Below, piece after piece: positions 60,498-64,000 of a stretch of DNA of 64,000 nucleotides; positions within the stretch are counted from its first letter, which is position 1; each line of letters starts with the position of its first letter. The notes below the pieces were generated by a model, which saw only the letters and a program-made list of their open reading frames with translations, did no database searches and was not told the DNA's origin. The position numbers and the translations under genes were made by a program. Source of the DNA: Candidatus Cloacimonadales bacterium (GTDB taxonomy: Bacteria > Cloacimonadota > Cloacimonadia > Cloacimonadales > JAFGVF01); assembly GCA_963678315.1 (NCBI GenBank), contig OY782781.1, positions 1,920,001-1,984,000 on the forward strand, read 5' to 3'.

Positions 60498-61662
60498 TGA
60501 ATCCCATATCTATGCAATTTGGGAAAAGCAAGCACTTAATCATGATTTATATACCAAAGATGGCAAGCAGTTAAGAATTATCTATCCAGGATATAGAAAT
60601 TCTGATAAAGGACCAGATTTTATAAGTGCTAAAATTCTAATTGATGGATCTGAAATACAGGGGGATGTAGAAATACATACAAAAACTTCTGACTGGTCAA
60701 AGCATGGACATTCTAACAACTCAGATTATGATAATGTAGTTTTGCATGCTGTCTGGAAACATGATGATAGCATAATTGTGAATAGTAAGGGTAAAGAACT
60801 AGATACCCTAGTAATGTCTGAATTCATATCAAAAGCAGAACTTAGAGAAGGGAAAAGTGGTCAAGTGTGTGTCTTGTTTGCAGGCTTAAGTTCTTTACAA
60901 GTAAATCATATACTTCTTAATTTTGGTAATCTACGGATGAAATCAAAAGGCTATTTATATGATTCGGTACAATCAAATCTACATTATGTGATTTTCTTCA
61001 GACAATTAGCAAAGATTCTTGGTGCACCTAACAATAAAAATAGCATGAGAACATTCTTAGGACTGATAAACTCAAATATCTACTATGAAAAAAAGAAAAC
61101 ATTTGAAGATTTAGCCAAAACTTGCGGTTTAAATGATCCAGAAAGTACCATGTGGAAAAGGTTTAGAGTTAGACCTTCAGCGTCAATTGCAAGAAAAGCA
61201 GAATTCCTATATTATTTAGTAGATAGACATTATAATGCTGCTTATCTAGATAAACTTCTTATGGTATTTCAAAATACTTCTTCTTACCATGAATTCGAAA
61301 AGAGTATAGTTTCTTCTTTATTAAAAGTGGACTCTAAGATTGATATAGGACTAAGTCTAAAGAAAATATTGATATTTAATTGTTACCTACCCTACTTATT
61401 ATTTTACTACAAGAGCTTGGATGATAAAAAACACCTTGCCAAAATTAAAACTTATATTAATAATTTCCCGAAATTGAGTATGAATAGAATTACTAAGCTT
61501 ATGTTAGCTAATTTTAGTGATTACCAGCTAGCGAGAATACCAGAAAATGAAGTTTATTATCAAGGAATGCACTACCTATTTAACGAACACTGTAACACTC
61601 GAAATTGCACAGATTGTTATTCTCATAGAGATTTATTGAAGGTTGAAATAAATGAAGAATAA
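60481..61662 (+). CDS. DUF2851 family protein
   Basis: YPG..N...GPDF, GDVEIH...SDW..HGH.....Y.NVVLH, C-terminal C....C..C. Confidence 0.8.
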   Translation: MTKKLNESHIYAIWEKQALNHDLYTKDGKQLRIIYPGYRNSDKGPDFISAKILIDGSEIQGDVEIHTKTSDWSKHGHSNNSDYDNVVLHAVWKHDDSIIVNSKGKELDTLVMSEFISKAELREGKSGQVCVLFAGLSSLQVNHILLNFGNLRMKSKGYLYDSVQSNLHYVIFFRQLAKILGAPNNKNSMRTFLGLINSNIYYEKKKTFEDLAKTCGLNDPESTMWKRFRVRPSASIARKAEFLYYLVDRHYNAAYLDKLLMVFQNTSSYHEFEKSIVSSLLKVDSKIDIGLSLKKILIFNCYLPYLLFYYKSLDDKKHLAKIKTYINNFPKLSMNRITKLMLANFSDYQLARIPENEVYYQGMHYLFNEHCNTRNCTDCYSHRDLLKVEINEE

Positions 61663-64000
61663 ATTGAATTCTAGTAAGAAAAATGAATTAGTTGATGTAT
61701 TAACGCGATTCTATGTACATATTATTAGGTCTGATACGGAAATCAAGAAGAATGAAATAGATATTTTATATCCATTACTACTTAATCTTTTTAAAGATCT
61801 TTCTATCTCATGGGAAGTCTATATTAAAGAGATAATGAATGAAGATTATGACATAAAAAATGTAGTTTCTATGCTAAATCATAATCTTAATACTTTTGAT
61901 AAGGTTAGGGTTATAATTACAATGATAATTATGGCTTTTTCAGATGATGATTTTGAAATATATGAAATATCTTCTATTCAGGCGATTGTCAAAGAGTTCA
62001 AACTAGAAATTTCTGGTTTTATGGACCTTATGAGAAACTTGGAAATGAATATAACAAATCCAGTTAGAGTAAGTAAGGTCTCTTCAGTATTTCAGATAGA
62101 AAATTCATTATTTACTGATTTTTTAGCTGTTGGTAAATCTGATAAGTGCAATCTGAGGTTTAAAGATCCATCACTGTCAAACATAGAATATGTCCAGTTT
62201 GTAATTAATGACAACTTGTTTATCATTACAGGCTCAAAGCCTACTTTTAAGCTTAACGGTAATGAAGTTAGAGCAAACTATATTTATTTCCTTCCTAACA
62301 ATAGTATTATCGATATCAAGAAGAGTAGATTTTCATACAGTTTCATGAAGAAGCTTCAAGAAAACATTGATAAAAAAGATACAATCAAGTTTTCTAAGAA
62401 CGATTATGAATTCAATTTAAAAAGCAAAGGTAATGATTACTCAATTGTAGTAAAAAGGGGCTATGTATACAAGAATGGCAAATCCCTATCTCCGAATAAA
62501 GAAGTGCCTATATTCTGGGATGATAAGTTAAGAATAAAGGGTTATGCTGCTTTCCAGTTAACAGATGTAGTGGAAGAAAAGGAAAGAATCGGTATTGACG
62601 ATATTGTTCCCGATATAATCTATTTACAAGCTGAGAATAGTTTTTATCACATCTCTAAATATGAAACCAAACATACCATTGCCCAAGTAGAGAATCGCAA
62701 CAATGAACATTTCTTTATTCCGAAGAACAAAAGTTTTGATTTCTTAGTTAATAACAAGCTGTTAGAGAATGAAACTAAAATAGTTCTTAACGATGATATA
62801 TTATCAATCATAAGTAGAAAAGGTAAGAAGTTACCAGGTAACTTAACAGACGAGAAGAAAGCTAATCAAATAAAAGCTAGGGTCAAGAATCAGTTTAGAG
62901 GTTCCAAGAAATTCAATTTTAGGATAAACAACTTTTTTGAGCTTGTTGAAGTACCATTTGAAATCAACAATATCGAAGTAACTGCAGTTAAGCACTTCCA
63001 CGATGATAATAACATAGGGCTAGATAATATTTCCTTTACTGCAAAGAAGGGTGAACTAATAGGAATTTTAGGACCTTCAGGTTGTGGTAAATCAACATTG
63101 CTAAAATCTATAGTTGCTGAATTTAGGCCAACACATGGAACTATTGATGTTGATGGGAAGTCTCTTTTTGATAATAGGTCTGAGCTAATGCAGTATTTCG
63201 GATATGTCCCACAAGAAGATATGATTTTCCCAAATCTAACTGTGTTTGAAAACATGTTTTTCTATGGACGTTTAAGGCTTCCTAATGTTCCTCATAACCA
63301 GCTTGTTTTAAAAATAGATAACATTCTAGGACAAGTAACTCTTTCACATAAAAGAAATAGCAAAGTTGGAGATGATTCCAACAAGATTCTTAGTGGTGGC
63401 CAAAGAAAACGTCTTAATATTGCATTAGAATTATTATTCGAGCCTATAGTACTTGTCTGTGATGAGCCTACTTCTGGTCTTTCATCTTTTGATGCTGAAC
63501 AGATTATCGAACTTCTTCATGAGCAAAGGAAACAAAATAGGATTGTTATCATCACTGTACATCAACCTAATTCTCTAATCTTTAGGAAGTTCTCAAAAGT
63601 TCTGCTTATGGATAATGGGGGAAAAGAGGTTTTTTTTGGAACTCCATCTGAATCATTCGCTTATTTCAAGGATGAACTAGATACATTAAAATATAGAAAA
63701 TCTATCATCGAACAGAAGTATAAAGAGATGAATCCAGATTTCTTCTATGATATGATTTTGTTCCCTGAATATGACAAATCTGGAAAGCTTAAGTTTGAAC
63801 AAGTGAACCAACAGGTTGTTACAAAACGTAAATTTACTCCTGAATATTGGCGAGATAAATACAAGAGAAAAGTTCTATTCCAGTTGATAAAGAAAGACGA
63901 AGAATATAACACTAATACCCATACTAATAGCAAGTACAAGAAGAAGATGACTTTTTATAACCGATCTGTTCAATTCTTTACTTATCTACACAGAAATCTT
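61652..64000 (+). CDS. Large ABCG/White-type ABC transporter with N-terminal TerB-like and FHA-like domains (partial, runs off the window end)
   Basis: Not in the ORF track. ATG at 61652 is in frame with GILGPSGCGKST, GYVPQED, LSGGQRKRLNIALEL, CDEPTSGLS and TVHQP. Confidence 0.8.
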   Translation, partial: MKNKLNSSKKNELVDVLTRFYVHIIRSDTEIKKNEIDILYPLLLNLFKDLSISWEVYIKEIMNEDYDIKNVVSMLNHNLNTFDKVRVIITMIIMAFSDDDFEIYEISSIQAIVKEFKLEISGFMDLMRNLEMNITNPVRVSKVSSVFQIENSLFTDFLAVGKSDKCNLRFKDPSLSNIEYVQFVINDNLFIITGSKPTFKLNGNEVRANYIYFLPNNSIIDIKKSRFSYSFMKKLQENIDKKDTIKFSKNDYEFNLKSKGNDYSIVVKRGYVYKNGKSLSPNKEVPIFWDDKLRIKGYAAFQLTDVVEEKERIGIDDIVPDIIYLQAENSFYHISKYETKHTIAQVENRNNEHFFIPKNKSFDFLVNNKLLENETKIVLNDDILSIISRKGKKLPGNLTDEKKANQIKARVKNQFRGSKKFNFRINNFFELVEVPFEINNIEVTAVKHFHDDNNIGLDNISFTAKKGELIGILGPSGCGKSTLLKSIVAEFRPTHGTIDVDGKSLFDNRSELMQYFGYVPQEDMIFPNLTVFENMFFYGRLRLPNVPHNQLVLKIDNILGQVTLSHKRNSKVGDDSNKILSGGQRKRLNIALELLFEPIVLVCDEPTSGLSSFDAEQIIELLHEQRKQNRIVIITVHQPNSLIFRKFSKVLLMDNGGKEVFFGTPSESFAYFKDELDTLKYRKSIIEQKYKEMNPDFFYDMILFPEYDKSGKLKFEQVNQQVVTKRKFTPEYWRDKYKRKVLFQLIKKDEEYNTNTHTNSKYKKKMTFYNRSVQFFTYLHRNL

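Overview
AT-rich bacterial chromosome segment from a diderm organism. PorV plus proteins with T9SS/FlgD-Ig-type C-terminal domains suggest an FCB-related lineage such as Cloacimonadota (inference). Most of the window is housekeeping and envelope genes: GH13 amylase, tamB-like, lolCD-like, dapF/dapB, gltX, holA/holB, HU, mtnA, cobB, uppP, porV, mfd, PPi-PFK, an msbA/LPS-modification cluster, tatD, tcdA and two tRNAs (Ser-GGA, Leu-CAA). The standout is a defence island at about 19.1-27.5 kb. Its type I R-M system (HsdR plus a fused HsdM-HsdS) is split by a 2.3-kb cassette in which a GxxExxY PD-(D/E)XK-family nuclease gene sits between two arrays of about 92-bp palindromic repeats (7 + 14 units). 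One permuted copy of that repeat lies in frame inside the hsdM-S gene, and a putative HEPN (RNxxxH) gene follows directly. Other intergenic regions carry mosaic REP/MITE-like hairpin repeats and a 24-bp tandem repeat. There is also an unannotated 26-aa membrane peptide that resembles type I toxins. All calls come from reading motifs by eye; no database searches were run.
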